Part shown: positions 1-9,530 of the stretch, one piece after another
How positions within the stretch are numbered: position 1 is the stretch's first letter
How the letters are laid out: each line of letters starts with the position of its first letter
Source of the DNA: a virus
Length of the DNA stretch: 64,000 nucleotides
Virus record (IMG/VR): IMGVR_UViG_3300046376_000226
Location: 1-64,000 of that record
Direction: 5' to 3' (one strand)
Translations under genes and position numbers: made by a program
Notes under the pieces: model-generated
What the model was told of the DNA's origin: nothing
What the model saw: only the letters and a program-made list of their open reading frames with translations
Database searches by the model: none

Positions 1-2073
1 ATCAGCTACTGCCGGAACCAGGGTCTGAAAATGCTGCATATGCGGATCGCGCTGAGAAACTTGTACACCAATCCCGCCTAACATCGTGGTCCACTCGAGT
101 TGTTGGCTGCGTTGGGCCTCAATATCACTGGTCTGACCCGGTTGAGGCACGTACAGCTCCTTGCAAGTCTTAAAGCCGATCATCCGGTTCCCGGCCATTT
201 CGTCGAGCCTGGACTGATCGAAATTCGGGTTGCCTTTGGCCAGCTGATAAAACTGGAGGAACATCATGTCGTCGTCCCGGCCAGCGTGAGAAGTAAATTC
301 GGTCGCCGGTTGATGCGCGAGAATAATGATTTCCTGAATCGAGAGCCCGTCGTCCATTAGCGCCATGATCGTCTCGACACTGGCTTGATCGGCCTGGCCT
401 AGGTCCGGCGCCCGGACAAACTGGGTACTGGTATCGGGGTCGACCTCCATCATGGCGTCGTAGAGATCCTGGGCAATCAGGCTTTTGCCGCTGTCCGCTG
501 CTTTGAGCCTTGCTTTGCGCTGTTTCAGTGCGGCCCGCAAATTGGTCTTTGAATAGATCCGGCGTTGCATCGAGCTGACGCCTTTGGTGAACTGGACCCA
601 CCACCTATTCATCATCCCTTGTTTCACCTCTTCTTCCTTGACCGCATCGATCGATTCCTTGGTCGCGGTCTGGATCATCTGCCCGTTATTGCTAATCTGC
701 TGCTGATCGGGCATAAATGCCCCGGCAATAATCTCAGCCGTATTAATCAGCTTTTGATCCAACCCCAGCCACGCGTTGATATCGACCTTGAACTGCTGCA
801 TCAGCAACGTGAACCCTTCCGGAATAATCATGAAGGGACTGCGCACATGAGGCTGGAGCCGACCGATAATGGCTTCTTCGGCCTGGCCGACCAGCATCCC
901 GCTAATCCACATAGCATCCACAAACGCCATCCGGCATTTCTCGATCGCTAAACAAATATTGTATAAGAGCCGACCGATCCCCTTACTCCCGAAAAGCCGG
1001 TTATTGCCAGCCTGGAAACTGAACAAGGTGATACAATCATCCATGGCCTCGGCAACGGCCTGGAAATAACCCAGCTCATAAGGGTCGTCCTCCATCCGGC
1101 GAGGTTCATTCGTACCTTCTCCCTCTACCGGCGCAATCTGCCTGGCGCTCTGGGTCTTGTTACGAGAGCCCTGGTTAGAGCGCTTGGCGCCGTTACGGTT
1201 AACCCACCAGTGATCGACCGTGTTATCGTAACACTTCACAAAAACGTGTGCCGTTTCGATCATTTTACTCGAGCGGTGGAAGGAATAATAGAGATTCCCT
1301 TCCCGGACCATGTCAGAGAGCTGACGTGGGTTATAAACAAAACTGTCGTAGGGCGGCGAAGCTTTCTCGATCGCGCCCTGGATATTCTTGACGTTGTACC
1401 CGGCTTCGTCTGCCGCCTCTGAGTCCTCGATAATTGCGACCGCCTCGTGGATGTAATAATTGGCCTTGACCACAAAAACCGGGAGTTTCTCGGCCAGTTG
1501 CGGCGCTTGCTCGTCAAAAAGAGTGTCTTCCTGGCGGAAGGTTTTCGGCCGCCACTCGAATTGGTCCATTTGGACGGCGCTGGTGTAGCCGTAAAGAACA
1601 TTCTCAGTGGCGACTTGTTCGGCGTAATCGATCCAGCCGTTCCAGGCCCGGATCTGTTCAGTGGTCCTTTCGCGGAACTTCTGGGTCTTATCGGTTGCGT
1701 TAAGGAACGAGTCCGGTAATTGGCTTGCGGTCAGAAACTTCATGCCGTGTACGGCATCCGTTAGCCTGGGAGTGACCCGGTCGACAAAAGTAGCCAGTAC
1801 CAGGGTCGAGAAGTTTGCCCGCCAGCCTTCACTATTGGTATCCAGCTTTTTCTGATCAAACGGACTGCCGCCATTGTAGGAGTCGGAGATCAGTTTATTG
1901 CGATTTGCTCGAGCTTGGTTATCGCGCTGGAGCCGCTGAAAAACTTCGTAAGCCTGGTAAGCTGAACTGATCGGCCGGTTAATGACCCGGGTCGTTCCCT
2001 CTTCAAAGACCGGAGTGGCGAAACGCCCTAACTGTTCGCCCCCGAATGAAGCAGTAATGTTATCCGATGCCAC
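1..2073 (-). CDS. Portal protein (partial, runs off the left edge; >690 aa)
   Basis: Not in the ORF track. Manual translation gives an open frame from GTG at 2073 to base 1 (VASDNITASFGGEQLGRF...WRANFSTLVLATFVDRVTPRL...LFGSKGIGRLLYNICLAIEKCRMAFVD...). Size and position just downstream of TerL fit a portal. Confidence 0.7.
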   Translation of the reverse strand, partial: MASDNITASFGGEQLGRFATPVFEEGTTRVINRPISSAYQAYEVFQRLQRDNQARANRNKLISDSYNGGSPFDQKKLDTNSEGWRANFSTLVLATFVDRVTPRLTDAVHGMKFLTASQLPDSFLNATDKTQKFRERTTEQIRAWNGWIDYAEQVATENVLYGYTSAVQMDQFEWRPKTFRQEDTLFDEQAPQLAEKLPVFVVKANYYIHEAVAIIEDSEAADEAGYNVKNIQGAIEKASPPYDSFVYNPRQLSDMVREGNLYYSFHRSSKMIETAHVFVKCYDNTVDHWWVNRNGAKRSNQGSRNKTQSARQIAPVEGEGTNEPRRMEDDPYELGYFQAVAEAMDDCITLFSFQAGNNRLFGSKGIGRLLYNICLAIEKCRMAFVDAMWISGMLVGQAEEAIIGRLQPHVRSPFMIIPEGFTLLMQQFKVDINAWLGLDQKLINTAEIIAGAFMPDQQQISNNGQMIQTATKESIDAVKEEEVKQGMMNRWWVQFTKGVSSMQRRIYSKTNLRAALKQRKARLKAADSGKSLIAQDLYDAMMEVDPDTSTQFVRAPDLGQADQASVETIMALMDDGLSIQEIIILAHQPATEFTSHAGRDDDMMFLQFYQLAKGNPNFDQSRLDEMAGNRMIGFKTCKELYVPQPGQTSDIEAQRSQQLEWTTMLGGIGVQVSQRDPHMQHFQTLVPAVAD

Positions 2074-2497
2074 AGGTCTTTCCTTTCGTTAGCTCGTGAT
2101 AGATCAGTGACCCCTTGACAAGATGAGCGATGCTTCGTGCCTCCGGCTCCGTGGCGATTCCGCTAATATCAATCATCATTTCACCGACTTTGAACCGGAC
2201 ACGCCATTTCCCTTGATGAACCATGATCCACTTGCGCTTCGAGGAATTGAGGTTGTTCAACTTTTTGGTGACAAACCGGAGGTTCTCTTTGCGGTTATCG
2301 AGCCTATTCTCGTTCTTGTGATCGGTGACGAATCCTGGTGGGTTCCGCCCGATTATCTTTGAGTGGAGACTTACGCCATTGCAAAGGACTGCGTAGCCGT
2401 AGGCATTGCGGTACCAACGGAAGTCAACTACGCGGTCAAAATCTTCATCATCGACGATGGCAAAGCCGCCATCATGGAGGGGTACTTTCTTAGCCAT
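2060..2497 (-). CDS. HNH homing endonuclease (HNH_3 type with AP2-like tail)
   Basis: AIVDDEDFD...W...GYA...LH..I...TDHKNENRLDNRKENLR motif; overlaps the portal start. Confidence 0.85.
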   Translation of the reverse strand: MAKKVPLHDGGFAIVDDEDFDRVVDFRWYRNAYGYAVLCNGVSLHSKIIGRNPPGFVTDHKNENRLDNRKENLRFVTKKLNNLNSSKRKWIMVHQGKWRVRFKVGEMMIDISGIATEPEARSIAHLVKGSLIYHELTKGKTCGIG

Positions 2498-3128
2498 TTT
2501 GATTCTTCCAGCAAACTGCTGGGGCTTTCTGTTCAGAGCTTGAGTGAGTGTCGCTTAGCCAGATCGCGACCTCATTGGCATGGCCAAAGATCCGGCAACT
2601 GAATAGGTGCCGGTCATAGGGAGTCGCCAGACTGCCTTTGGCGTTCTGGATTCCTATGGAGACATTCTCGTTGCAGGGCCCGCATCCTGTCGCCCAGCGG
2701 ATATTCTGCGGACAAGTCGCGCAGACCTGGGCTCGAGATGCCGCCAGTGCCGGGTCAACTTTAGGGATGCTGGTTTTCGCGATCCGGCCTAGCCAGTCTG
2801 CGGTGCGGTCGATCGGCCGCTGGTATTGGGTGATCCCGATCCCGGGGGCCCTGGCGGTAACGGTATTGGTTCCGGGCGAGTCCGCGCAGTTCTGGCGGAA
2901 GTGCGCGCACATGTAAGCCTTGAGATCGGCTCGGACCGCTTCGATCGTGGCTTTAGCCGCGCCGCCGCACAGATCACTGTGCCTGCGCCGGAAATCCAGC
3001 ATGTCGGCCAGGATCTGTTCGAATGAGTGGCTGGAGAGCTTGACCGTCTGGCCGCTGGAAAGAAGCTGGGGATAATGCCAGCCACCCGGCGGCATAACCG
3101 CCGTAATGATGCCGAATTGCACACTCAT
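2490..3128 (-). CDS. Cys-rich hypothetical protein (putative Zn-binding)
   Basis: CATCPQN, CGPC, CRIFGH and terminal CW; overlaps the next gene. Confidence 0.6.
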   Translation of the reverse strand: MSVQFGIITAVMPPGGWHYPQLLSSGQTVKLSSHSFEQILADMLDFRRRHSDLCGGAAKATIEAVRADLKAYMCAHFRQNCADSPGTNTVTARAPGIGITQYQRPIDRTADWLGRIAKTSIPKVDPALAASRAQVCATCPQNIRWATGCGPCNENVSIGIQNAKGSLATPYDRHLFSCRIFGHANEVAIWLSDTHSSSEQKAPAVCWKNQNG

Positions 3129-3137
3129 CAGTGTGCT

Positions 3138-3416
3138 TTATGTGCTCGGAGTTTTTCTGCCGCTGGATCTTGCCTTGGAAAACGCCGGGACGCTCTTGGC
3201 CGCTGCACCGGAGTGAGATTTAAATGCCGGGTGCCCCATTTTAGGCTTAGCCCCGGTATGGCCGCCCCCGGTGGCACCACCCGCCATATGCGGCGGACTC
3301 TTGGGTTTACCGGCGTTGGTACTCTTCACGTTCGGCGTGAAACCGGCGCGCTGGCCGCCGCCGCCCACTGTGGGACCGGTGCCTGATTTCTTAGAAAACG
3401 CTGGAATGGATCGCAT
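3138..3416 (-). CDS. Small basic Gly/Lys-rich protein
   Basis: 92 aa, K/G/S-rich, repeated PAF(S/K)K-like motif. Confidence 0.55.
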   Translation of the reverse strand: MRSIPAFSKKSGTGPTVGGGGQRAGFTPNVKSTNAGKPKSPPHMAGGATGGGHTGAKPKMGHPAFKSHSGAAAKSVPAFSKARSSGRKTPST

Positions 3417-3457
3417 TTGACTTTTTTGGGGAGGACGCTTGTAGCAGTGCGAAAATA

Positions 3458-5272
3458 TCAGACATCCTGAGAGAAGTCGACATACGCGGTTTTTTCCCGG
3501 TGGCCGATGTTGCCTGTGGGCTGTCTCAGCACTGCTCGGTTGCTGCCGAGCATGCTTGCTTTCTCCGGACCGTTAAGCGCACAGATATGGCACATCATGA
3601 CTAAGGCATCCGCGATATCCGGGCTCCAGCCCAACCGATGTCTAAACTCTTTCTTGGGCTCCAGCCGGATCCGGGGCTTACCGCTGGGGCCCTTAGTCGC
3701 GGGCTGATACCGGCGGCCGCTAAGCTCCTTAAAAAGCTGGGCCGTAAGGATCTGGGGATGGAACGCCAGGAACCCGAATTCCAGAAATTTCCGGACTCTT
3801 AGATACATCTCGACCGCGATCCCGTCACAGATCTCGACCGCGAAGTCATGATCATCAGCCAGGATTTTTAAGGGAGTGGCTTCGGCGCCCCACATGACTC
3901 CGCGCACGAGCGGGCTCCATTGCTCGACTAATGCGTCATGCGGGCCGGTGCCGACCCCGGTCCGGTCACAGGCTGTCCATTCCGGGTGAATATGTAAGCC
4001 GGTAAGCCGAGCTTCGATTGAGTTCGCGAGCGCGATGGTGCGCTCCTGAGGCATCTCGTAGTATTGTTCGGCCTGGACACAGTAACGCGGCTTCTTCCAC
4101 AGAGTAGGCTGCCCGTTAATGGGCTGGAACCCGATGGCGCGTCCGTATTTGCCGACAAAGGCAATGATCCGGCCGCCGCCGTCACTGGCTAGATCGATCC
4201 CGGCGCAGCCCACCGTGCGCTGGTCAAAGATGAATTGGCCGACCACCGCTTCCAAAAGCGAGTAAGCAATCAGGGTCGATTGCAGAGCCGAGAGCGGATA
4301 CATGGCCCTGCCAAAGGTCAGGTACTTCGGACTCTGGCCCCCCAGCTCGAGAGCGAACTTTTGGTAACCGTCCCAGGTCAAAAACCCGGGGTAAACCAGC
4401 GTCCGCTCTATCACGTTCTCGCAATCGATCCCATCCAGGCGCAGCACATGCCAGCGCTCGCTCGATACCCATTCCTTGTCGGTATCCAGGTTGAGAGTGG
4501 TCCAGCCGTTCACCGGCTCGGCCAACTGAGCCAGTTTCGAGGTTACATCGCGGGGGTTAGTCGCACAGAAGACTTTTACCGCTTCCGGGCCCCAGGCAGA
4601 GGCCAATAGGTTACTGACCCCCTCCCAAACTCCGCTCGGTATTTCCTCGGCCTCATCAAGAAGAGCCCGCACCCGGCTCATCGCCCCGAAGATCGGGTGC
4701 GGACGTTTTCTCGGGACGGGATGGAATCCTTGGAGCACCCCACGTCCATCTTCGCCCTGTGGGATCGCAACCAAGGTGATTGCTGAGTGCCGGTCCTTGG
4801 GATTAAGGCCCACGAAACCGTCCATCGAAAGCCCGGGTAGGGGCACAATGGCAGCCTGGTAAAGCCGTTGCAGGGTAGAGAACGACTGGCTCTTAGCGTG
4901 GCCGCCGGTCGTCGAAATGATCTTGATCTCGGTATGCTCTGGATCCCGGATCCAATCTAAAAGGGTATAGCAGATCAGGGTATAGGTTTTACCCATGGCG
5001 GCTGCCCCCAGGACGATCATGTTCTGGGTCGAGCGCACGAATTTGAGCAGTTGCTGGACGGCCCTGGGGCCCCCGTTAAAGAGGGCAGGGCCCCAGAGCA
5101 GCATCCCGGCTAGCGCATAGCGCTCCGTATCCAGGAGCCGTTTAACCAGGGCCCAGATCCATGCCTTGGCTTGATCGGGCACCTGGACGCTCGGATCAAT
5201 CTCGGCTACAGCCTTGACGAGTTCTTCGTCAGAGCACTCGCCGCAGGCTCGCCGGAATTCGAGCAGGTCCAT
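3458..5272 (-). CDS. terL: Terminase large subunit
   Basis: Walker A GAAAMGKT, Walker B LLDEAEE, coupling motif ATNP, RNase H-like nuclease motifs GIDLASDG, DRTGVG and SPDIADA. Confidence 0.9.
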   Translation of the reverse strand: MDLLEFRRACGECSDEELVKAVAEIDPSVQVPDQAKAWIWALVKRLLDTERYALAGMLLWGPALFNGGPRAVQQLLKFVRSTQNMIVLGAAAMGKTYTLICYTLLDWIRDPEHTEIKIISTTGGHAKSQSFSTLQRLYQAAIVPLPGLSMDGFVGLNPKDRHSAITLVAIPQGEDGRGVLQGFHPVPRKRPHPIFGAMSRVRALLDEAEEIPSGVWEGVSNLLASAWGPEAVKVFCATNPRDVTSKLAQLAEPVNGWTTLNLDTDKEWVSSERWHVLRLDGIDCENVIERTLVYPGFLTWDGYQKFALELGGQSPKYLTFGRAMYPLSALQSTLIAYSLLEAVVGQFIFDQRTVGCAGIDLASDGGGRIIAFVGKYGRAIGFQPINGQPTLWKKPRYCVQAEQYYEMPQERTIALANSIEARLTGLHIHPEWTACDRTGVGTGPHDALVEQWSPLVRGVMWGAEATPLKILADDHDFAVEICDGIAVEMYLRVRKFLEFGFLAFHPQILTAQLFKELSGRRYQPATKGPSGKPRIRLEPKKEFRHRLGWSPDIADALVMMCHICALNGPEKASMLGSNRAVLRQPTGNIGHREKTAYVDFSQDV

Positions 5273-5324
5273 CCCAGGACCTCTACCGCGATTTTAGCGC
5301 TTTGTAGATCCATAAATACAGCCA

Positions 5325-5654
5325 CTAGAATTCCATGTCGGTCGAGAACGTGATAGACAGGCCGGGTTGGGGTGGGCCAGCCTCTGGGGTAATCCCAATG
5401 TTCAAATTCCTCGACTCGCCAGGGGAGTCCGAGATCAGCCCCTCCTCGATCGCCTTTTGCACCACTCGCCGCATTGCTATCACCATCGCTTCCCGGAGGT
5501 AATACCTCCGTTCTTTTCCGTCTTCTCGTTCCGTTACCCCGTAACATAGATTCACTTCCTCCATCTTCAGATCGTCAGCCAGTCGGATCTCGATCTGGCC
5601 ATTTTGTAGACGGCGGATAGAAAGCCGAAGATTCTTACATAAGTAATCACTCAT
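5325..5654 (-). CDS. Hypothetical protein
   Basis: 109-aa ATG ORF in operon orientation. Confidence 0.45.
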   Translation of the reverse strand: MSDYLCKNLRLSIRRLQNGQIEIRLADDLKMEEVNLCYGVTEREDGKERRYYLREAMVIAMRRVVQKAIEEGLISDSPGESRNLNIGITPEAGPPQPGLSITFSTDMEF

Positions 5655-5656
5655 AA

Positions 5657-5750
5657 ATGCGCAACGTAGGCTATCGGCGCGCCGCCGATGCGCAACGTTG
5701 CGGTATCGGCGCGCCGCCGAAAAATTCGTTGATTTCCAACTAGTTACAAC
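5657..5750. repeat. Tandem pair of dispersed intergenic element ATGCGCAACGTTGCG-(T)ATCGGCGCGCCGCCGA
   Basis: Two tandem copies here; related copies at ~26896-26954 (inverted), ~28555-28587 and 44275-44307; partial copies at ~15016, ~20341 and ~44890. Confidence 0.8.
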
Positions 5751-5818
5751 TCAGTTAAAGAAGCGCAGCATCAGCAGGGTCAGCACAATCCAGGCGCTTA
5801 CCCCGCAAAGTACGTAGG

Positions 5819-6325
5819 TCATGGGTTCTCCCGGTAGTAGATTTCCTTGATCTGTTCCAGGACCGCATGGGCCCGTTCGGGGGTATCGATGGGCATCCGA
5901 GCCCAGTAGCCCCCGGTAGAAAGCAGTTTTTGGTAAGCGTAGTTCCCTATGCGGACGCACCGGTACTTCTCGCCGTGGTCCTCGTAATACCGGATGGCGT
6001 ATTCCCGGTGAACCGGGAACTTAGCTATCGCCATTTGAGGCCGCGCGCCTTGCTGGCTGGGGAAAGCGCGGTAGCGCTTCCAGGTCCGCATAGCGGCTTT
6101 CCAGTCTCTAATCTTGCGGCCGCCCTTCAAGCGGAACCCGCTCGCCAGCCACGCATCGTAGATCGCTTCCGCGTCGGAATCAGGAAGCCCCATTTTTGCC
6201 GCTTCTCCTTTGATGACCGAGAGCGACGGCATCCCGGCAGGCCGGGAATCGAAGGAGTCCTCGACAGCCTGCTGGACTGTCGGAATCCATTGTTGTCCTT
6301 GGTTTAGTTTCTTATTGCTTGCCAT
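5819..6325 (-). CDS. Hypothetical protein with replication-initiator C-terminal-like motif
   Basis: GF..KGG.KIRDWKAAMRTW motif, resembling phage replication protein C-termini. Confidence 0.5.
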   Translation of the reverse strand: MASNKKLNQGQQWIPTVQQAVEDSFDSRPAGMPSLSVIKGEAAKMGLPDSDAEAIYDAWLASGFRLKGGRKIRDWKAAMRTWKRYRAFPSQQGARPQMAIAKFPVHREYAIRYYEDHGEKYRCVRIGNYAYQKLLSTGGYWARMPIDTPERAHAVLEQIKEIYYRENP

Positions 6326-6507
6326 ACGTCCTTAAAAATAATCCCCGAGGAGGATATCTTTTAGGCTTGACTGCCATCCCGATTTTTCCTCCTTATGGAT
6401 CCTTCTTTTTTTCGTAGAGTTTTTTTCTTGGAAAAGTTCTCTCTTAGTCGGACCGGAGGGCCGCAAGAAAGAGGAAAGGCGGTGGGGGACGGGAGCCCTT
6501 TCTCCCC

Positions 6508-6729
6508 TTAAGAACCTGGCTCTAAGCGCGCCTGAAAATCTGCGTGTAATTTCCGCAGGAGTTCTACCCGGTTTTCGTCCAGGTTGAACCGATCCGCAAC
6601 GTCGCGCATGGCCGCCTCGTCCCACCCGACTACGATCCCGTAGATAAGCGCATCGTTGTGCATCTCGCCCCAGTCCCTGGCAGAGAACACGATGAGACTG
6701 GCTAGCACTTCCAGGGAATTCATCGTCAT
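6508..6729 (-). CDS. Hypothetical protein
   Basis: 73-aa ORF with globular composition. Confidence 0.5.
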   Translation of the reverse strand: MTMNSLEVLASLIVFSARDWGEMHNDALIYGIVVGWDEAAMRDVADRFNLDENRVELLRKLHADFQARLEPGS

Positions 6730-6806
6730 TGGTTAGTTGCATCCCAGTGGTCTCTAAAGCCGGTAGTTATTGGAACCTCCCTGTTCATAAAGCGTTATAC
6801 TGCGCG

Positions 6807-7268
6807 TTATACTAGCCGGTCAAAAAGATTCACTGCTTTCCTGCGCCGAATTTTCCGTCGCTTCCTGTCGCAGATTCTGCATTGACGTTCGCCTTTTGAG
6901 TTACGATAAAGATTTTCTCCACTAAGGGGATGGCCGCGTTTACAATAAAATTTCCGCCCGTTGATAGCCGCCGGAGCGATTGGTGATCGAAGAGTATTCT
7001 CGAGGTTGGTGACCGGTTCTAAGTGCCAGGGATTGCAGCACGAACGGTTCCTGCATAGGTGATCTAACTGGAGTCCGCTTGGGATCGGATCGCGAAAAAA
7101 TTCATACGCGAATCGATGCGCGCGCATCCATCGATGCGGCATCCGAAATCGTCCGTAGCCGTCCTTGTCTAGCAAGCCGGTCCAATTCCAGCAATCCATC
7201 GTTTCATCGAACAGGATTTTCGGACAGAATCTCTCGATAGGTGGCTTTGGCGGACGTCCTGTTCTCAT
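6807..7268 (-). CDS. HNH endonuclease with C-terminal Zn finger
   Basis: CWNWTG...GYGRF...AHRFAYE...LDHLCRNRSCCNPWHLEPVT...CKRGH...RQCRIC. Confidence 0.92.
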   Translation of the reverse strand: MRTGRPPKPPIERFCPKILFDETMDCWNWTGLLDKDGYGRFRMPHRWMRAHRFAYEFFRDPIPSGLQLDHLCRNRSCCNPWHLEPVTNLENTLRSPIAPAAINGRKFYCKRGHPLSGENLYRNSKGERQCRICDRKRRKIRRRKAVNLFDRLV

Positions 7269-7681
7269 TAGATTAGCCTGTCGAAGTAGCGAACCAGTTC
7301 AATGGCTTCTTGGGCTGAGTAAACGATGTAAAGCCGCATGCCTTGAGCCTCAAGTTTCCGAGCGAACTCCTCCTGATCAGGAGACAGTTTACAGGTGTAG
7401 TCTTTCTTAAACTCGATCCAGAGGCCCACTAGATTGCAGCCGACCCAAAAGTCCGGGGTCCCCGGGGTCGCTTTCGAGGGCCGGTGAGTGGCATGCCAGA
7501 CAAAAGGATAGTCTTTTAGGAGACAATAGCTGGCAAACTGGCGTTGTTCCTGGCGTTCCAGGGCGCCGGTCTTAGCGCTTGGGTGGATCTCATCCGGCGG
7601 ATGGATCCCCGGCCCGTAGGTGCGCTGGTCTTCCGGGCTCATCAGACTGACCAGGTGCGGGTTATCGACCAGGCGGATCAT
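7268..7681 (-). CDS. VRR-NUC (PD-(D/E)xK) nuclease
   Basis: PGTPDF...WIEFK...LSPDQEEF...VYSAQEA. Confidence 0.85.
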   Translation of the reverse strand: MIRLVDNPHLVSLMSPEDQRTYGPGIHPPDEIHPSAKTGALERQEQRQFASYCLLKDYPFVWHATHRPSKATPGTPDFWVGCNLVGLWIEFKKDYTCKLSPDQEEFARKLEAQGMRLYIVYSAQEAIELVRYFDRLI

Positions 7682-8046
7682 GGGCTGCTTTTGACCGATT
7701 CGAGCGCAATGGCTCGAGCTTTCCTGGCCTGGGTTAAGCCGCGCTCGAAATTAGCTTGGGCCTCGTGTTCGTCCCCTGGGGGGTTAGTCACCAATTTATC
7801 GTACAGACTTTTGTAGAGGACCATGATGGCCTGCTCGTAGGCTCGCTCGACGGCATCGCGATCGTTCATAACTCGGTGGTTAATAGTCTCAGCGCCGCCG
7901 ATAGTGATGACGATCCCGATGACCAGTAGTGTGACCAATAAGCGCTCATAGATCACATAGGGCTTGACCATATAGGTTGGAGCCCCGGGAGGGAAATAAA
8001 AATGCTCCGAAGCTACTAGCCTCGGAGCATTTCGCCTGCACCGCAC
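7678..8046 (-). CDS. Hypothetical membrane/secreted protein
   Basis: Hydrophobic stretch LLVTLLVIGIVITIG. Confidence 0.5.
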   Translation of the reverse strand: MRCRRNAPRLVASEHFYFPPGAPTYMVKPYVIYERLLVTLLVIGIVITIGGAETINHRVMNDRDAVERAYEQAIMVLYKSLYDKLVTNPPGDEHEAQANFERGLTQARKARAIALESVKSSP

Positions 8047-8116
8047 CCGAGACGTCTTAGATACTCGGATGCGGGCAGGACTTTTGTTCCGTAACCTACA
8101 TTAGGTTTGGAAAAGC

Positions 8117-8797
8117 TTACTTCTTTTGCGGAACCCAGATCTCAACCGGCACGCCTGGACCGGCGCTCACATACAGGGTCCTGGTGTCGCCGGGTAGCAC
8201 AATCGGATGTTCCGGCGTCAGACCGTTGCCCCCGCCGCTTTCTGGCGGCAACACGATCGGATGCGCAGGCGCCACCGGGTAGTAGATCGGCTGTGTCGGT
8301 ACTCCACCGCTAGCTGGGGGTTGCTCCGGCGGCAGCTCAATCGGATGGGCTGGCGCGACCGGAATATAAATCGGATGCTCGGGGCTCGCCCCTTCTCCAG
8401 GCAGATAGATCGGATGCTCCGGTGTCGGCGGCAGGATGTAGATCGGATGCTCTGGCGCGATCGGAAAATAGATCGGATGGGTCGGTACTCCTCCACCGCT
8501 AGCTGGCGGTTGGTCTGGCGGCAAAACGATCGGATGAGCTGGGGCCACCGGAATGTAAATGGGATGTTCAGGACCAACCGGGACGCTCGGTGGTGGCAAA
8601 TAGATCGGATGCTCGGGGCTGACGTCGATATAGATCGGATGCTCGGGATGAGCCCCGCTGTCGACCGGCGGCAATACGATCGGGTGAGCTGGGAAAATGG
8701 GGATATAAATGGGTTGCTCGGGATGAGTGCCATCTGGCGGCGGCGTTGGCACCAGAATCGGGGGGACCGCAATCGTTTTAGTGACAGATAGATACAT
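8117..8797 (-). CDS. Pro/His-rich repeat protein (P[EAT][HQ]PI[YVE] x14)
   Basis: 14 PxHPIx-type repeats conserved at the protein level with synonymous DNA variation. Confidence 0.8.
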   Translation of the reverse strand: MYLSVTKTIAVPPILVPTPPPDGTHPEQPIYIPIFPAHPIVLPPVDSGAHPEHPIYIDVSPEHPIYLPPPSVPVGPEHPIYIPVAPAHPIVLPPDQPPASGGGVPTHPIYFPIAPEHPIYILPPTPEHPIYLPGEGASPEHPIYIPVAPAHPIELPPEQPPASGGVPTQPIYYPVAPAHPIVLPPESGGGNGLTPEHPIVLPGDTRTLYVSAGPGVPVEIWVPQKK

Positions 8798-8844
8798 ATC
8801 GTTTCTCGGGGTTAACGTTTAGAGTGTGCTAGCGTTCGTCCAGG

Positions 8845-8856
8845 AAAGCATGCTTT
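8845..8856. promoter_or_regulatory. Palindrome AAAGCATGCTTT (putative operator, copy 1 of 5)
   Basis: Identical 12-bp palindromes at 8845, 8943, 15026, 15180 and 16691. Confidence 0.6.
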
Positions 8857-8899
8857 TTGGGTGGAAGCGAGTCGTTTAGCACGGGATTTTTCAAATCGG

Positions 8900-9319
8900 C
8901 TATTTCGGAGGCAGTCTTCGACGTTTAGGTCGCGGTTCCAGCAAAGCATGCTTTTTTACTGGCGTGTCGCCCAGTGCGGGATTTTTCAAATCCAGTTCCA
9001 GTACCCGGGCAGCGGCTAGGCAAAGGTCACGAAAAGCACGGTCTAGCGTTTCTTGGCTGGGATCATCCTGGGGCAGTGGCAACTGGACTGTCACCGAGCG
9101 TTCGCCCTGGGGGCGCCGCAGGTTCGGCACCGTCGAGAGTGGCATCAGGTCTTCAGTGAAACGGGTAGGTAGCGCTCTGGCTGCGCCGGAGTAGAGCTTA
9201 AACTGGTAGGAGTCCGGGAAATACTCGCAATCGATGTAATGCCCCAGCTTTGCCATCCAGGCATGGAGCTGGCCGGTCCACTTGGCATATACCGCGTACA
9301 GCTCCTGGGGATCATTCAC
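8900..9319 (-). CDS. Hypothetical protein
   Basis: 139 aa, overlaps the upstream gene. Confidence 0.55.
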   Translation of the reverse strand: MNDPQELYAVYAKWTGQLHAWMAKLGHYIDCEYFPDSYQFKLYSGAARALPTRFTEDLMPLSTVPNLRRPQGERSVTVQLPLPQDDPSQETLDRAFRDLCLAAARVLELDLKNPALGDTPVKKHALLEPRPKRRRLPPK

Positions 9320-9530
9320 GGTTGATTACGACCATGTGATCTGGGTTTACACACTGGGGTTCGTCACAGGTTCTGGCTAAGATTTTACCTGAAGCTATCT
9401 CCCCGCCGGATTTAAAATAGAGGTAATAAGCAGCGGCATCGGCGTCAAGCACTTCAGGTTCATCAGTGTCCAGAGCAAACTCAATATCGAGTTGTTGCTC
9501 GAAGCTAAGCAGGATCGGTGTCATTGCCAC
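9312..9530 (-). CDS. Hypothetical protein, degenerate HNH-like
   Basis: RTCDEPQCVNPDHM resembles the HNH_3 motif H.CDNP.CVNP.HL. Confidence 0.5.
   Translation of the reverse strand: MAMTPILLSFEQQLDIEFALDTDEPEVLDADAAAYYLYFKSGGEIASGKILARTCDEPQCVNPDHMVVINRE

Noticed and set aside
100-1855. Short ORF-track calls over the left end
   Set aside because: They are shadow frames of the uninterrupted portal ORF 2073 to <1
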